64,000 nucleotides of DNA from the human T2T-CHM13v2.0 reference genome, Homo sapiens (GCF_009914755.1 NC_060926.1); one strand, 5' to 3'; shown: positions 18,418-38,365, numbered from the stretch's first letter. The notes: generated by a model not told the origin, from the sequence alone. Made by a program: numbers and translations.

Positions 18418-19006
18418 GAATGGAATACTAAGAGAACAGCTTTATGCCAACAAAGTAGATAACATAGAGAAATAGAAAAACTCCTAGGAAGACAAAAAGT
18501 ACCAAAACTGACTCAATAAGAAATAGAAAATCTAAATAGACCTAAGGCAAGTAAAGAAACTGAGTTAGAAATTAAAAATTTTCTCACAAAGTAATGCTTA
18601 GGCCCAGAAGACTTCATTGGTGAATTCTCCCAAACATTCAAAGAAGAAATAATACCAAAGCTTCGCAAACTTTCAGAAAATAGGGGAGGAGGGAACACTT
18701 CCCAACTTGTTCTATGAGGCCAGAATTATCCTGATATCAAAGACAGACAAAGACATCACAATAAAAGAAAACTACAGACCATTACCTCTCATAAATATGA
18801 ATGCAAAAATCCTCAACAAAATATTCGCATTAAATCCAGCAACACCAACATATAAAAAAAATTATACACCATGACCAAGTACAATTCATCCCAGGAAAGC
18901 AAGGTTGGTTTAACATCAGACAAGCAACCAATATAATACACCATATTAGTAGAATAAATGATAAAAACCACATGATCATCTCAACAGATAATGGAAAAGC
19001 ACTTTA

Positions 19007-19362
<356 letters not shown>

Positions 19363-20272
19363 CTAAAATAGAAAACAATGTAAAGATGTCCAATCTTAAC
19401 ATTTTTCTATTCAACATTCCACAGGAGACTCTAGCCAGTGCAACTGGACAAGAAAAAGAAATAAAAGCCTTCCATATTGTAAAGAAAGAAGCAAAAATGT
19501 CTTTACTTGTAGGTGATATGATTCTGTATGTAAGAAATCCTAAGAAATCCACACACAAAAAAAACCACTAAAACTAATAAACGAATTCAGCAAGATTTCA
19601 GGAAACAAGAACAAAATACAAAATCAACTGCATTTTTATATTATAGCAATGAAATTAAGAAAACAACGCTTTACAATAGCATCAATAAAATACTTAGAAA
19701 TAAATTTAACCAAAGAAATGCAAGATGTGTACACTGAAACCTGGAAAATATTGCCGAGAGAAATTAAAGATGTAAATAAACTGTGAGGTGTTCTATGTTC
19801 ATGGGTTGAAGAGTCAATATTAAGATGGCAATTCTCCCCAAATTAATCTATAGATTCAATGCAATCTCTATCAAAATCTTAGCAAGGTTTATTGCAGAAT
19901 CTTGATAAGCCAGTCCTAAAATTTATATGAAAAGTCAAAGAATCTAGATTGGCCAGAACAATTTTGAAAAAGAACAAATTTGGAGGACTTATATTCCTGA
20001 TTTCACAACTTACTAGGAATCAACAGTAATCTAGATGGTGTGGTATTAACACAAGGAGAGACATGTTTATCAGTGAAATGTAACTGAGAGACCAGAAATA
20101 AACACATTTTCTGGTCAACAAAGGTGCCAAGATTCAATGGGAAAAGGTGTTGGGAAATTTGGATAGCCATATGCAAAAAGATTAGTTTGGACACATAACT
20201 CAGCCCATATACAAAAGTTATCTTAAAATGAATCACAGACCTAAATATAAAAGGCAAAACTATAAAACTTTC

Positions 20273-20551
20273 ATTTTTTTTTTAGACGGAGTCTCGCTCT
20301 GTCACCCAGGCTGGAGCACAGTGCCACGATTTCGGCTCACTGCAAACTCCGCCTCCCAGGTTCACGCCATTCTCCTGCCTCAGCCTCCTGAGTAGCTGGG
20401 ACTACAGGTGCCCGCCACCACGCCTGGCTAATTTTTTGTATTTTTAGTAGAGATGGGGTTTCACCATGTTTGCCAGGATGATCTTGATCTCCTGACCTCG
20501 TGATCTACCTGCCTTGGCCTCCCAAAGTGCTGGAATTACAGGTTTGAGCCA
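20273..20551 (-). mobile_element. AluY/Sc-type element
   Basis: ggttcacgccattctcc diagnostic. Confidence 0.88.
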
Positions 20552-21643
20552 ACAGGCAAAGACTTCTTAGACATAACATCAAAAGCATAATTCATAAAAT
20601 TTTTTATAGAGTTTATTAAAATGAAAAACTTTTCTATTTCAAAAGACACTATTAAGAAAATAAAAGACAAGTCAGACTGCAAGAAAATATTTACAAATCA
20701 TATCTGATAAAGGACATGTATCCAGAATACAGAAAGAACCCATACAATTCAACAAGAGTACAAACAAAATTTTAGAAATAGGCCAAGATCTGAATAGACA
20801 TTTCATCAAAGAAGATATATGAATCACTAATAAGCATGTTCTACATCATTAGTCACTAGGGAATGCAAATTAAAACCAGGAGATACCACTTCATACCCAT
20901 TGGAATGGCTATAAGAAAAAAGACAGAAAATAAGAAATATTTTTTGATATGGAGAAATTAGTATCCTCAGACATTGCTGATGGGAATGTAAAATGGTACA
21001 GACACTTTGGAAAAAAGTTCGACAGTTTCTTAATATGTTAAACATCAATTTACCATACAACTTAGCAATTACACTCCAGGCATCTACTTGAGAAATGAAA
21101 ATGAAAACATATGTCTACACAAGAAACTGCATTCAAAAGTTTATAGCAGCATTATTTACAATAGTCTAAAGTTGGAAATAACCCAATGTCCATCAACTGG
21201 TAAAAGGATAAACAAAATGTAGTTTTGGAACACTATTCAGCCATAAAAAGGAACAAATACTATACATGCCACAATATGGAAAAAACAAAAACATTATACT
21301 AAGTGTAAGAAGCCACATAGAGGAGATTGCATGTATGATTCCATTTATACAAAAGGCCCAAAAAAGGCAAATCTATAGAGTGATTAAGGGTGATTAGTGG
21401 TTGGCTGGGACTTTAGGTGGAAATGGAAGTCACTGAATGAGCAGAAGGGATTTTCTTGGGCGATGGAAATGTTCTGAAACTGGATTGTGGTGGTGGTTTG
21501 TACAGCCATGTTGACCAAAAATCACTGAAACGTGCACTTGAAAGGGGTGAATTTTATGGCATGTAAATCAGCTATTTTTAAAGTAAAAAAAAATTAGTAA
21601 AAGAATTTATTAGGGAGAAAAAAAAAGAAAGCTAGTTTCCAAC

Positions 21644-21721
21644 CTTTCCACTAAGAGTCCAGTCATCTGAAAATTCTCCTTCATAGATAGTATCATCTTC
21701 GGAAAGCAAAACCCCATTTCC
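21644..21721 (-). CDS. ALS2: ALS2 exon 23 (78 bp), MORN
   Basis: ttgtag|GGAAAT acceptor, AAG|gttgga donor; GNGVLLSEDDTIYEGEFSDDWTLSGK. Confidence 0.94.
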
Positions 21722-21930
21722 CTACAAGAAGAAACAAGAGAAAAATTACAACACATAAAATACAGAGTAACTTAAGAGTGCACGCAGTCATATCCCCAAA
21801 GCCTTATGGAATCTTAAAAGAAGGAAAATAGTACTAAGAAGGTGGAAACTAATCAAAAGATGATTTAAAAAGTTAAGGACAAAGGAGCTTTAAAAAGTTA
21901 GTAATAACTACATGCAAATATTCCACTCAC

Positions 21931-22042
21931 CATCATTTTATTAAGGTGAAAGTTGCCCTCGTAGTATAATCCAAACTGGGTAACCACCACACCATTCCCT
22001 TGACACACATCATCTTGCCACATTCCCATATACTTTTCCCCC
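21931..22042 (-). CDS. ALS2: ALS2 exon 22 (112 bp), MORN
   Basis: gtgcag|GGGGGA acceptor, ATG|gtgagt donor; [17 protein letters not shown]...[11 protein letters not shown]. Confidence 0.95.
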
Positions 22043-22425
22043 CTGCACAGAAATAAAAAGAAAAGAAAAAGCACTGAAGATAAGGATAAAGTAGGGAAAA
22101 GACAATTATCACATGGGAGATCCCAGGCATCAACCCTAGGTTGGTATTGCTTCCATTTTTCTAGTTAAAATAGTTAACTTTGTCTCCTCAAATATGGGAC
22201 AAAGTGATAGCAAAAGACATCTCACTCAGTAATCCTCTCTGAGGAATTTAATGTTGTGGTCTGACACAGATCTGTATATATCCCAGGTAGTTACTTGGTA
22301 ACTTTAAAATACATAATTTTTAAAAAGAAGGTCTAGAATTCAACTCTAAATAATTTCATTTAAAATGTAATAAGCAGAATAAAACCTATGCACAGGTTTT
22401 TCTTACACAAAAGTTTGCTAACTTA

Positions 22426-22757
<332 letters not shown>

Positions 22758-22795
22758 TCATTTTTCACCTACTCAAACTCAAAGAAATCTTACTA

Positions 22796-23083
<288 letters not shown>

Positions 23084-23432
23084 TTATCACATGCACATTG
23101 AATTCTGATGCTCATTTTTACAAAGTTTAGAAAATCCAAAACCATACTCAGTCTCACTGGTAGCTATAATTATTTGTTTATATGATTATTTTTCACCAAT
23201 TAAAAAAACCTCATTTTCGAATGATTAAAGTTAAAAAGTTAAAGACACCATGTGTGGTATTTTGCATTAACATGAAAAACAATGTGTTTTTATTCTCTTA
23301 TGGGAAAATGAAATAATGAGTTATTTTTAAGAGGGAAGAATAAAAGTTTTGTCCATTAGAATCCTATATGTCTTATTATAGATAAGACCATTTTTTCATA
23401 AAATTATGGTTTATAAGGTATATAAAATTTAG

Positions 23433-23730
<298 letters not shown>

Positions 23731-23955
23731 TTTAGATAAGAACTAAATTTAATAATCCAGTATTTTAATCCTGCGATAGATGAGGGGTTAACCTTTAAAA
23801 GATGATCACACAGAGTTTCAATTTTATTTACTCCTCTAAATTTTATCTATAAGACTAAACAAAACTTAAAACTTGGAAATTTTGGCTATGCAAACATTCA
23901 GGTTTACATGGTTATATGAAAAACAAACACCAGTCCAACAGCCTTTCCAATGTTA

Positions 23956-24093
<138 letters not shown>

Positions 24094-25083
24094 TTATGAC
24101 ATATTCACCTTTTGTATGTATATCCTGGTAAACATTTTAACAAGGAAGACAGAGAAAACATTCACCTGTAGGAGTAAAGGGTTAAAACAGCATCTTGGTT
24201 TAAGGTGAATCTATAACCTAAGCTGTTTGGCAAGAGGAGTGGGACATCAGCCCCACTACACTAAGATATGGTGTTTTAATCCAACTCCAGTGAAAAACAG
24301 AAGACCTGTGTCCTTCACCTATCTCTGTCACTAATTACCTGCACCACCATGCGGTAAGCCCAGGTATCTAGCTCCTTTATTTGGATAATAAGAGGGGCAA
24401 CTCAGTGGGTAAATTAGATGATCTAAAGTCTCTTCTCATTCTAACAATCTATTAAAAAGAGATTTTAACACATCACAAGAATTTACATGATCACACAGAC
24501 ACACAAAATCACCTACCCAACATTTTTTATATACTAAATTACTTCCTTAACATTATACAAAATACTGCCATAAACTAATCATGTAAATACATTTACAGTG
24601 TTAGAAAACATGATAAACTTATTTTTAAAAAGTCATTAGAGCATCATTGAGATAATATAGCACTTGGAAAATTTCTCCTTTAACAGATCACAGAAATTAA
24701 AGATGACTTAAAACGACTGAAAGGAAAATTTTTCTATGTCCTTTGTGTAAAGGAGGACTACCATCTCAATAGTCCCACCATTAACATTACCAAAGATCTC
24801 AGTCTTCACAACTGAGAAATGAATAGAAAACATAGCCCCATTTTAACAGATGGAAGGCTGTGTAATTTGAGGTCACACGGCTATCAGGGAAAATGACCCA
24901 GTCTAGGTAAATCAGAGGCTGTACCCCTCACTCCTGGCTCTCTTCATGCTCATACATGTGCATTTCTAAAAAATAACAACAAAAATCTACTACTTGTTTG
25001 AAAAGCAGCTCTGCATACAAAATAACATAATTTACGACCTTACCGAACTTGAATTTACTGTCATGTTTTACACAATTTTCTTA

Positions 25084-25200
<117 letters not shown>

Positions 25201-25263
25201 TTAATACTTTTTCTATCATGTGATGATCATCCTCACCCCAGGCATAAATCTTCAACATTTTCA

Positions 25264-25467
<204 letters not shown>

Positions 25468-25812
25468 CTAGGAGCAAAAAGTAACGTCAATAAGTTTAAG
25501 GCAACAATTCATCAAGCATTGCTTTAAATCCTGCTAGTTTTCTTTGGTGTGAATAAATTATTTGTGTCCTAATGCTTTTCTTATTAATAGAGTAATATTG
25601 ACTGGCTCTTGTATTTCTCTGCTATATGTTTAAAATTAAGTCACATTAAAAAAAAAAACAATGAAGAACCTACAGTTTTGGGTTAATGAAGATTTATCAG
25701 ACAGAACTGTGCATCATTAGTCAAGCAAGAACAATTTATATTTCTTCTTTATTACACAAGAGGCAGAAAGAGCCAGGGCGAAGATTGAAGGAAAATACCA
25801 TAATAGACTAAC

Positions 25813-25879
25813 CTTTTCCTGGGGTGTAGATGAAATGAGAGTGAACTGCTCCTCAGGTGTAGTTATCTTTAAGCCATTC
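25813..25879 (-). CDS. ALS2: ALS2 exon 17 (67 bp)
   Basis: ttttag|GAATGG acceptor, AAG|gttagt donor; [22 protein letters not shown]. Confidence 0.95.
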
Positions 25880-26304
25880 CTAAAACGTTCACAAGGATAA
25901 ATACCAGGACATTTAACAACCTGTCATTACAGTATCGATCCTCAAATATGAAAAGCAACCTCTTTATTTCAAGAGGAACAGAAATCAATTAATGTAAATG
26001 CTTGCTTGGTTTTGGGCGCCACCACGGTGGAAAGAACAAAGAATTCTCTGCTCTGTGCTGAACGATGGGGATGTGTGCAATGAAGATGCCCTTTCATCAC
26101 CTAATCGTGACTTGCCATGATCTTCACAACAGGCCATTTTATTATCAATAGACTACTTTACTGTCTAATGTGCTGAGAGGTGGGCCTCATTATACAGAAT
26201 GAGGAGACTGTCTCCGAAGCCTTCCTGAGCTTTTTTTCACATTTAAGGAAGCAACCTGGGTAACAGACTTGGACGGGGTGGGGTGGGGAGGGGGGACGCA
26301 CTTA

Positions 26305-26694
<390 letters not shown>

Positions 26695-26988
26695 TTAAAA
26701 AAAATTATTATTATACTTTAAGTTCTAGGGTACATCTGCACAATGTGCAGGTTTGTTACATATGTATACACGTGCCATGTTGGTATGCTGCACCCATTAA
26801 CTCGTCACTTACATTAGGTGTATCTCCTAATGCTATCCCTCCCTCCTCCCCCGACCCCACGACAGGCCCCGGTGTGTGATGTTTCCCTTCTTGTGTCCAA
26901 GTGTTCTCATTGTTCAGTTCCCACCTATGAGTGAGAACATGCAGTGTTTGGTTTTTTGTCCTTGCTATAGTTTGCTGAGAATGATGGC
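26695..26988 (-). mobile_element. 5'-truncated L1PA 3' end (~290 bp), sense to ALS2
   Basis: tattatactttaagttctagggtaca...gtttgctgagaatgatgg; TSD tagcctctttt at 26684-26694 and 26989-26999. Confidence 0.93.
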
Positions 26989-27022
26989 TAGCCTCTTTTA
27001 GTCAACAGTTTCAGTAAAATCA

Positions 27023-27247
<225 letters not shown>

Positions 27248-27622
27248 TTAAAGACAAATATAATACAAGTCAAACAATCAAAATTATTTTAACATGTAAA
27301 GAGAAAATAAAACAGACACAAATCACATTTAAGGGAATTTGCTGGTCGTAGCTTAGCTTGGTGTAAAATCTAAATTTATATGGGATCTAAACACTTCACA
27401 AAATTAGAGCTCAAAGGAGATTAAAAAGAAGACAAAAACAAACTAAAGAAGGTGAGTAAGTCTTCAGAGAGGATTTCTAGAAATGAGAGAAGGTATTTAG
27501 AGTACCCATTAGTATGGTCCTTAGACATTTTAGGAAAGGGGTCATTAAAAGGTTATTACCACAAACAAGTGAGGAACAGAGAAAATTGTATCAATTGTTA
27601 TCGAAATGGTTGCTGTTTGCTA

Positions 27623-27784
<162 letters not shown>

Positions 27785-28059
27785 CTACAGGGCAAAAATT
27801 AAAGAGGAAAAAAAAAAAAAGAACATAAAACCATTATGCAGAATCTGTAGCCTCAGTCTGCCTTAGACATATAGTATTAAATGTAGGAGAAAATTCAGCC
27901 CACGAGCATAAGTAGCGCACTGCAGGAGACTGGGAAAAGGAGATTGGTTTCAGAAAAATTCTACTACATAAAAGTACATATGAAATAGGGGCATAACTCA
28001 GGTGACAGAGACAAAACCTGGCAGTTAGTGAATAGAGCAGCAGAGACCCCAGGATAGAG

Positions 28060-29645
28060 CAGGAGTTCTCAAATATTTTGGTCTCGGGATCCCTTTATTT
28101 TTCTTATGTGGACTGTATCTATTGATATTTACCATATTAGAACATAAAATTAAGAAATGTTAGAAGCTTTTATTAATTCACTTACAAAAATTTTTTAATG
28201 GTAGGGCGCGGTGGCTCACACCTGTAATCCCAGCACTTTGGGAGGCCGAGGCAGGCGGATCACGAGGTCAGGAGATCAAGACCATCCTGGCTAACACGGT
28301 AAAACCCCGTATTCACTAAAAAAATACAAAAATTAGCTGGGTGTGGTGGCGGGCGCCTGTAGACCCAGCTACTCGGGAGGATGAGGCAGGAGAATGGCGT
28401 GAACCCGGGAGGCGGAGCTTGCAGTGAGCCGAGATGCGCCACTGCACTCCAGTCTGGGCAACAGAGCGAGACTCCGTCTCAAAAAAAAAAAAAAAAAAAA
28501 AAACAACTTTTTTTGTGAGAAAAGTGGCAATGGTCCACATTTTTTCAAATCTCTTTATTATCTGGCTTTAAAAATGACAGCTGGACTTTTATATCAGCTT
28601 TTGCATTTAATCTGTTATATGTTGTTTGGTTAAAACCTATGAAGAAAATGTGGCCTTATAAAGGTATATATCTGGAATAGAGGGAAGCATTTTAATAGCC
28701 ATTTCAAATAAATGTGGATATTCTCCTTTGATACTATATTAAAACTTGCTATGTGGTAGATTCTTAAAGGGAGCTGCAATGTAGAATCTGAAACCACAGC
28801 AATGAGCTTTTTGTACCCTGTGATGTTAAAATCCAGGGGTCTATCATGCACTTTGAATGGGTCTTTTACCATCTATGGCTTTGTACCATCTATGATTGTG
28901 GATTGGACATATGGAAAATATCGGTTGACTGAATTATGCAGATTTTCCAAATGTTGATACCTTTTTTTCTATAACATCAAAAATCACAGGATAATAGAAC
29001 TACCAATCTCATGAGATAAAGTCCTAAGTATCAGGAAACTGTCAGACTCACAGTGGCAGATCCATCTCTAACATTCTAATTTTCGCTTAAAAGTTGAGAT
29101 TTTATTATTGGCAACAAATACTATCAGTTGTTCTCTTTGAAATGACAGGTTCATTTACTCATTTCTGAGAAAATATCTGCCAATATCCAAATCTGAAAAA
29201 TCAGTTTATCTGTCAATTGTCCTTTCAAGTTTTAAAAAAAAAAAAGCAACCCATTTATTTCAAGAGGAGCTCTCAACTCAACTATCACAGTCATGCTTTT
29301 TCTTGAAAAACTGCCACACTTCAGCATGCAGCAGAGCTGCTTTACATGTACTTTGCATGTCACCACACATAACAGGACATTCTTAAGCGAAATTGTATTT
29401 TAACTGCAACTGCATGGCAGTGAAGAACGCAGTGACTACTAGTATAGTCTGGTGCCACTGCCTTGATTCCTACCAAGGAGCCAGCAGTTTTACCCACCTT
29501 AACTTTTGCACCATCAGTGTAAATGACAATACAGTGGAAAAGGCAAATATCTTAGTATTGTCATGAAAATAGTTTTGACCTTGTGAACCCCTTGAAATAG
29601 TCTTTGGAAGCCCCAGGGGTCTGCAAACCAAGTTTTGAGAAACAA
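28060..29645 (-). mobile_element. hAT DNA transposon Charlie1a-like, with nested AluY at ~28201-28503
   Basis: Reverse strand reads ggtcaaaactattttcat...ggtgggtaaaactgctgg...aatcaaggcagtggcacca; degenerate ttctcaaa TIRs at both ends. Confidence 0.82.
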
Positions 29646-29959
29646 CTACTGGGATGGGTGTAACCGCTACACCATGTAGCGAGGGAGCAGAAGGTAAGAT
29701 CAAAGGATGATCTCTCACGTTTATGAGTAATTACTTTACTTGCTACAATTCTGAGAGTCACTCATTTTCATTTTTTCCATTCATTTAAGAAACATTTAAT
29801 GAGTATCTACCACATATAAAACATTCTGCTAGAGTGCTAGGGAAAAAAAAATAAGGTATGATCTTTGTACCATAATTAGACAAGATAAAAAATGTACCAG
29901 AATAATGCAGTGGTTTTGTTAATAGGTTATATATCATAAAAGACAATCTAGGAAAGTAG

Positions 29960-30185
29960 GTTAAGAGGACAGATTCTGGAACCAGAGCCTGGATATTAAT
30001 TCTAGCTCTGCCAATTCTCAGCTGTGTCTCAATTCTCTTATCTGTAAAAGGCTGATGATGAAATCGGTAATAATAATAATACCTACTTCACCGAGTTGAT
30101 GTGGGGATTAAAGTTATATGTATATATGAATACATATAACTTGCTTAGAACAGTGCCTGGCATATAGAATTCATTCAATAAAAGT
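29960..30185 (+). mobile_element. MIR
   Basis: atctgtaaaa...ataataatacctacttca...gcttagaacagtgcctggcatatag core. Confidence 0.75.
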
Positions 30186-30867
30186 ATCATCATTATTTTT
30201 ATATGGAGACATTTAAAAAAATACATATATGTGTACACACATATATGACGTCAAGGCTGTGCCTTAGACTTACTAAATTATAACGTATAGTGATGGAATA
30301 CAGGCAGGTTTTGTTTTGAAAAAGCTTCCACAGTTGATTTTGAACCCCTGTGATAAGGATAAGGGCCATTGATATAACATGAGAAGTGAATAATAGAGAA
30401 AGAAAGTGTTAGCAAAACACAGAGTAAATAATCCTTCAGAGATGGATAGGTGAAAGAGAACCAATATAGTCAAAGAGGGCTTTATTTTCATGATAAAATG
30501 ACTTTTGTCCCAGAATGAGGATGGGAGTGGGAGTGTTTCAGGAAGGAAATATAAAGCATATGAAAGCTACATCCAGGGAAACTGAACTCTGACTCTCAAC
30601 AATTCTAAGCTGATCTGGTGGAAAATTTTTTTATTAATTGAGGCCATATTGAGGTGAAAGCTGTATCTCATTGGGATATTTGAGAGGTCAAACCTTCACA
30701 GCTAAAGCTAGATCAGTTTAAAGACCTTGTAGGTCTTTTCTTTAGTCTGGTTTCACAGCAGGCTCAAATGTAGAAAGCCTACATCAATCAGTTCCTGGGT
30801 CACTCTGAGGGGTGAAATCTGTTTAGATCAAGAGACAGACCCAAAGATTAAGAGGATTCTAAACCTA

Positions 30868-31202
<335 letters not shown>

Positions 31203-31827
31203 CTATAAGGGACTTTGGAGTCATTATAATTTTTCTAGAGCCTTTCAGGGTAGAAACAAAATGAAATCACATATTTCGATGGGATTTGAAAGGTGAATGT
31301 CTCAGGACCAGTTTTAACATACATCTATATCCTAGTGTGGTGCTAACTTCCTAGGATTCCACCTAACTAGTTTTATGTAAGGGTGGACTAGTTAACATTT
31401 GAGAAAATCCTGTAACTGATTCCTCTCAGCATTTGCTAAGGTAACCTAAACACCTGGCATAAAGTCTAGCATGAATCCAGGCTGGGTAACACCCCTGCCT
31501 TACAGTTGTATGCAATTATACAGAAAGCCAGGGCTTTAAAGAGCTCTGTTTAACTCATAGTCAGCATGCATCCAATAAATTTTGACAACTACTGAATGAG
31601 TAGCATCTGATAGAGTCTCAACTTTAGACAGTTTCATAAAATGAATACAGTTTATTCATCTTGATAAGGCCCTAAAGGGAAACTGAATCCACAGAAAACT
31701 CAATTTATCTACAGTCATACTTTCCTCTGTCATTTCCCTGAAGAAAATTAAATTTAATTAGACACAGGTAAATATTAAATTACTGGAGTTCCAGATCTTG
31801 TGGTGGCATAATCCATACAAACAACTA

Positions 31828-32061
<234 letters not shown>

Positions 32062-32792
32062 TTAGTTAATCATTTTGGAATTGGTAATATGTACATTAAA
32101 TAAAAAATTTCACTAGAAAGTACCTCTTTCAGAATGCACATTTTTTAGGTGCTGTGAAAGTAGAAATACAATGAAATAAGCCAGATATAATTAAAAGAAT
32201 TTCCCTATCTATAAGACAGGATTTTTAGTATGAAAAGTAGCAAATGGTAGCAATACAAACGGTTAATCACAGACTTGTGCCTATATTCTAGGAAATGAAT
32301 CATGCATCCAACAATTTAAGATGAATAATCAGAGACCAGCTGACACCATTACCTGTTAATTTCAAAGCCAAAAGTCACAGCAATAAATGGCAAGACTAAT
32401 TGTTCTAGGCAGCTGTGCTAAATAGAAACACTGGAAGAAAAAGCAAAGCTCCTTGCTCCAACAGAATTAGTGTGGATATTAAAACACTTCTAATTTCTTC
32501 TTTTTTCCTTCAATTATTGATCACCTAACAAGAGTTTATTATAGGAAAGTAATAAAAAGCTGCAAGAACTAGTATTACAGTTAACAAGAAACAATAAAGA
32601 TGATTATATGTGAAGATTTCAATGCTGAGATCTTCAAAAGCATTTCAAACTGAAGCCAAAAATTAGCTAATATTCAGTTTTTAATAAATTCATTGTTAAA
32701 ATTTTATTCCAAATTTTAATGCTGATCAATAACCCATTCAGGCTTAGCTCACCAAACCAAAATACTTAATGGTAAAGCAGTAAGAGTTGGTG

Positions 32793-33080
32793 AGCTGGGT
32801 GCAGTGGTTCACACCTGCAATCCCAGCACTTTGGGCTGCCAAGGTGGGTGGATAGCTTGAGCCCGGAAGTTTGAGACCAGCCTGAGCAACATAATGAAAC
32901 CCTGTCTCTGCAAAAAATACAAAAATTAGCCAGGCATGGAAGCGCACACCTGTAGTCCCAGCTGCTCAGGTGGCTGAGGCAGGAGAATCATTTGAGCACA
33001 GGAAGTTGAGGCTGTAGTGAGCCGTGGTTGTGCCACTGCACACCAGCCCGGGTGACCAGCCTGTCTCAAAAAAAAAAAAA
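32793..33080 (+). mobile_element. AluJ element
   Basis: Alu consensus plus poly(A). Confidence 0.9.
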
Positions 33081-33534
33081 GATCTTAGATAAAGTGCCCA
33101 GATTTTATTTATATTTGGCTGGTGCTAATGTTCCTACTTCTTTCTCCACGTTCTACTGCAGAGATCAGCTGAGGACTTATTTAATTTTACACAAGTGTTC
33201 TGCTTTGACCTGCTCCTGAGAGACGGAGGTAAGATATAGTGAACACAAACTCCCTTGGACCATATTTCTCCTCAATACCCAGTACCCAGTCTACAGTAGA
33301 CCAGAAATGTTCCAACTCTTGTGAACTCCATTACTTTCCAGGACTCACTCATGTCCTTACCTATAATCTTCCCCGAAAGAGGCCAAGCTACACTCCTAAG
33401 AAATCTGAACCAGAAACCATCTCTGATCAGCTTATCTTTTCTTGGGAGTTTTTAATCTAATAGTGGCAATATCACTCTTTCCTTATATGGCAAGGTCTGT
33501 ACTTTTTACTCAGATTTTTAAAATAAAAAAATAT

Positions 33535-34001
33535 TAAAGGTAGAAACAACCTAAGTGTCCATCAGCAGATGAACTGATTGATAAAATGTGGTAATGTGTA
33601 CATACAAGAGAATATTATTCAGCCATAAAATGGAATGAAATTTTGACGTATGCTACAACATGAATGAACCTTGAAAATACTATACTTAAAGAAATAAGCC
33701 AGACACAGAACGACAAATAAATACGTGATTCGACTCATATAAGGTACCTAGAATAGGCAAACTCAAACAGAGAGGAAGTAGAATAGAGGTTACCAGAGCC
33801 AGGCAGGCAGGGGGAGACAGTATGGGGGGAGTTATTATTTATCATGCACTGAGTTTTTCTCAGAGATAATGAAAAAATAGTGATGGTTATACAACATTGC
33901 GAATGTATTTGATGCCCCCTAAATTGTACACTTATTAGTGTACAATTAAGATTAAAATGATAAATATGACATTACATATATTTTATCACATTAAGAAAAA
34001 A
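33535..34001 (+). mobile_element. L1MA/MB 3'-end fragment
   Basis: aaacaacctaagtgtccatca...gaatattattcagccataaaa...tgaaccttgaaaa L1 3' UTR. Confidence 0.82.
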
Positions 34002-34659
34002 ACTTGCATAATAATCAAACCACCAGGCAAGCCTGATGTGAGCAGCTGAGTGATCAATTAGATGAATGATAAGTGCTTGTGCATCATCATCCAAGATCCA
34101 CTAACAGCCATGTGGGCAGCCTAGCTGTGCTTTAGACATTCTCAAACTCTCCTCTGAAAATGAAATCTTTACGGTAATTTTAAATATTGACTTTGTAAAC
34201 AGAAGTTGGAAAAAGATGTCATTGCTGCCTTTAACTATGTAAAACCCAGGCTCTGGGCATGGTGCTGTGCAAAAGGCAAGAGGCTTTCAACTTATGTCAT
34301 CTCATTTTTCTGCTCTAACAAGGTCAATTCTTCAGTACTGTGAATCTAACTCGGAAATACCAGAGGAAGGTCAACAACAGCAGAATAAGGAACCAGGGTC
34401 AGTAACTGCTGTAGCCCTTCAGGAAGCCCAGAAGCTTTCCATTTAAACTGTCACAAGTCTCCATCTATTTTTTGCATCTTCCTGTAATTAAACTTGCTTT
34501 TCTTCAAGCATTACTATTTGCAAAAATAACTATTGAATTTTCTTTCTGCTCCATTTAATTATTGGTTTGGCTACAGCCCCATTTTCTCCTATTTTCTTTG
34601 GCTATGATTCAGCATTTCACCAACATTATAGGTTAACTAAGCTATTTTATTCATTATAA

Positions 34660-36560
<1,901 letters not shown>

Positions 36561-36618
36561 CTAAATCTGGGTGGTAAGTACATATTTAAAGTATTTTCTA
36601 TTAAAATACAGAATTTTT

Positions 36619-36757
36619 GGCCTGGCACAGTGGTGCATGCCTATAATTCCAGCACTTTGGGAGGCCGAGACAGGAGAACCCTTGAGCCCACGAGTTCCTA
36701 ACCAGCCTGGGTAACACAGTGAGACCCTATCTCTTCTATTTTAAAAATAAAAAAAAC
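36619..36757 (+). mobile_element. FLAM Alu monomer
   Basis: Single arm; TSD aaatacagaattttt. Confidence 0.87.
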
Positions 36758-37269
36758 TTAAATACAGAATTTTTAAAACCTTGGCTTTGTTGCTGGGTCA
36801 ACACTTGTTGAGAAACTATCTGTTCAGGATTATTGCCTTGTGTAAGGAGCCTTTAAATTATTTACCCAGAAGCTAAATGCAAATAGGTTGTATCTGCGCA
36901 AACACTTTTTTCTGTGCATCATCACATACATTATTTGTTCCTCTCCAATGGGAGAGAACATTCCCATTTTTCAGATGAAGAACACTAGGCCTACTGAGGT
37001 AAAGAGAGTTGTCCAAAGTCTCAGGGATAGCACAGAAGGACCCCGAACCTGAGCCTAGTCATTCAGTACTTTTTCAATAGCATACTACTTATAATGATAA
37101 CCAGTGGCTAATAGTACCTGTCCTTTATAAGACTTACTGAAAGTTTATATTTTGACTTGTTTGGTAAAATGATGAAGTCAAAGCTTTCCCTGAGCACTCG
37201 AAAACAGAGCACTATAAAATGTCATCTTTGGCGGAGAGAATGATAACTGGAAGGTGTGGGTTTGCTTAC

Positions 37270-37335
37270 ATGGCAGGCTTAGCAAGAAGCTGGAATCCTC
37301 CCATAACCAGGAAATTTGTAATAGATGTGCAATAC
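37270..37335 (-). CDS. ALS2: ALS2 exon 12 (66 bp)
   Basis: ctcaag|GTATTG acceptor, CAT|gtaagc donor; [22 protein letters not shown]. Confidence 0.94.
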
Positions 37336-37447
37336 CTTGAGCAGAAAAGAAAACACATGTACATTAGTTGAAATGTAAATTAGTTCTTCAGTTTCCAAAC
37401 ACATACCTGGAATAGATAATTCTTGATTATTTCACCAATGAATTTCA

Positions 37448-37859
<412 letters not shown>

Positions 37860-38061
37860 GATGGTAATATAAAAGGAAATTTTAAAAACACCTAAAGCTA
37901 AGCAGAAAATGCAGTAATTTACTTGGTATCTACCAAGCAATATCTATTACGTGGTAACTTAATTAACATACTTGAGAAAACATAATTAAAATAGTTGAAT
38001 TTTTGATGAAAATTTTCTGTAATCTTCACTTCAGGTTTCCCAATTAAGAAATGACAGTGAA

Positions 38062-38365
<304 letters not shown>

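Noticed and set aside
37168-37250. Box C (ATGATGA) and CTGA motifs suggesting a C/D snoRNA
   Set aside because: On the strand opposite the host gene, with no terminal stem or properly spaced D box
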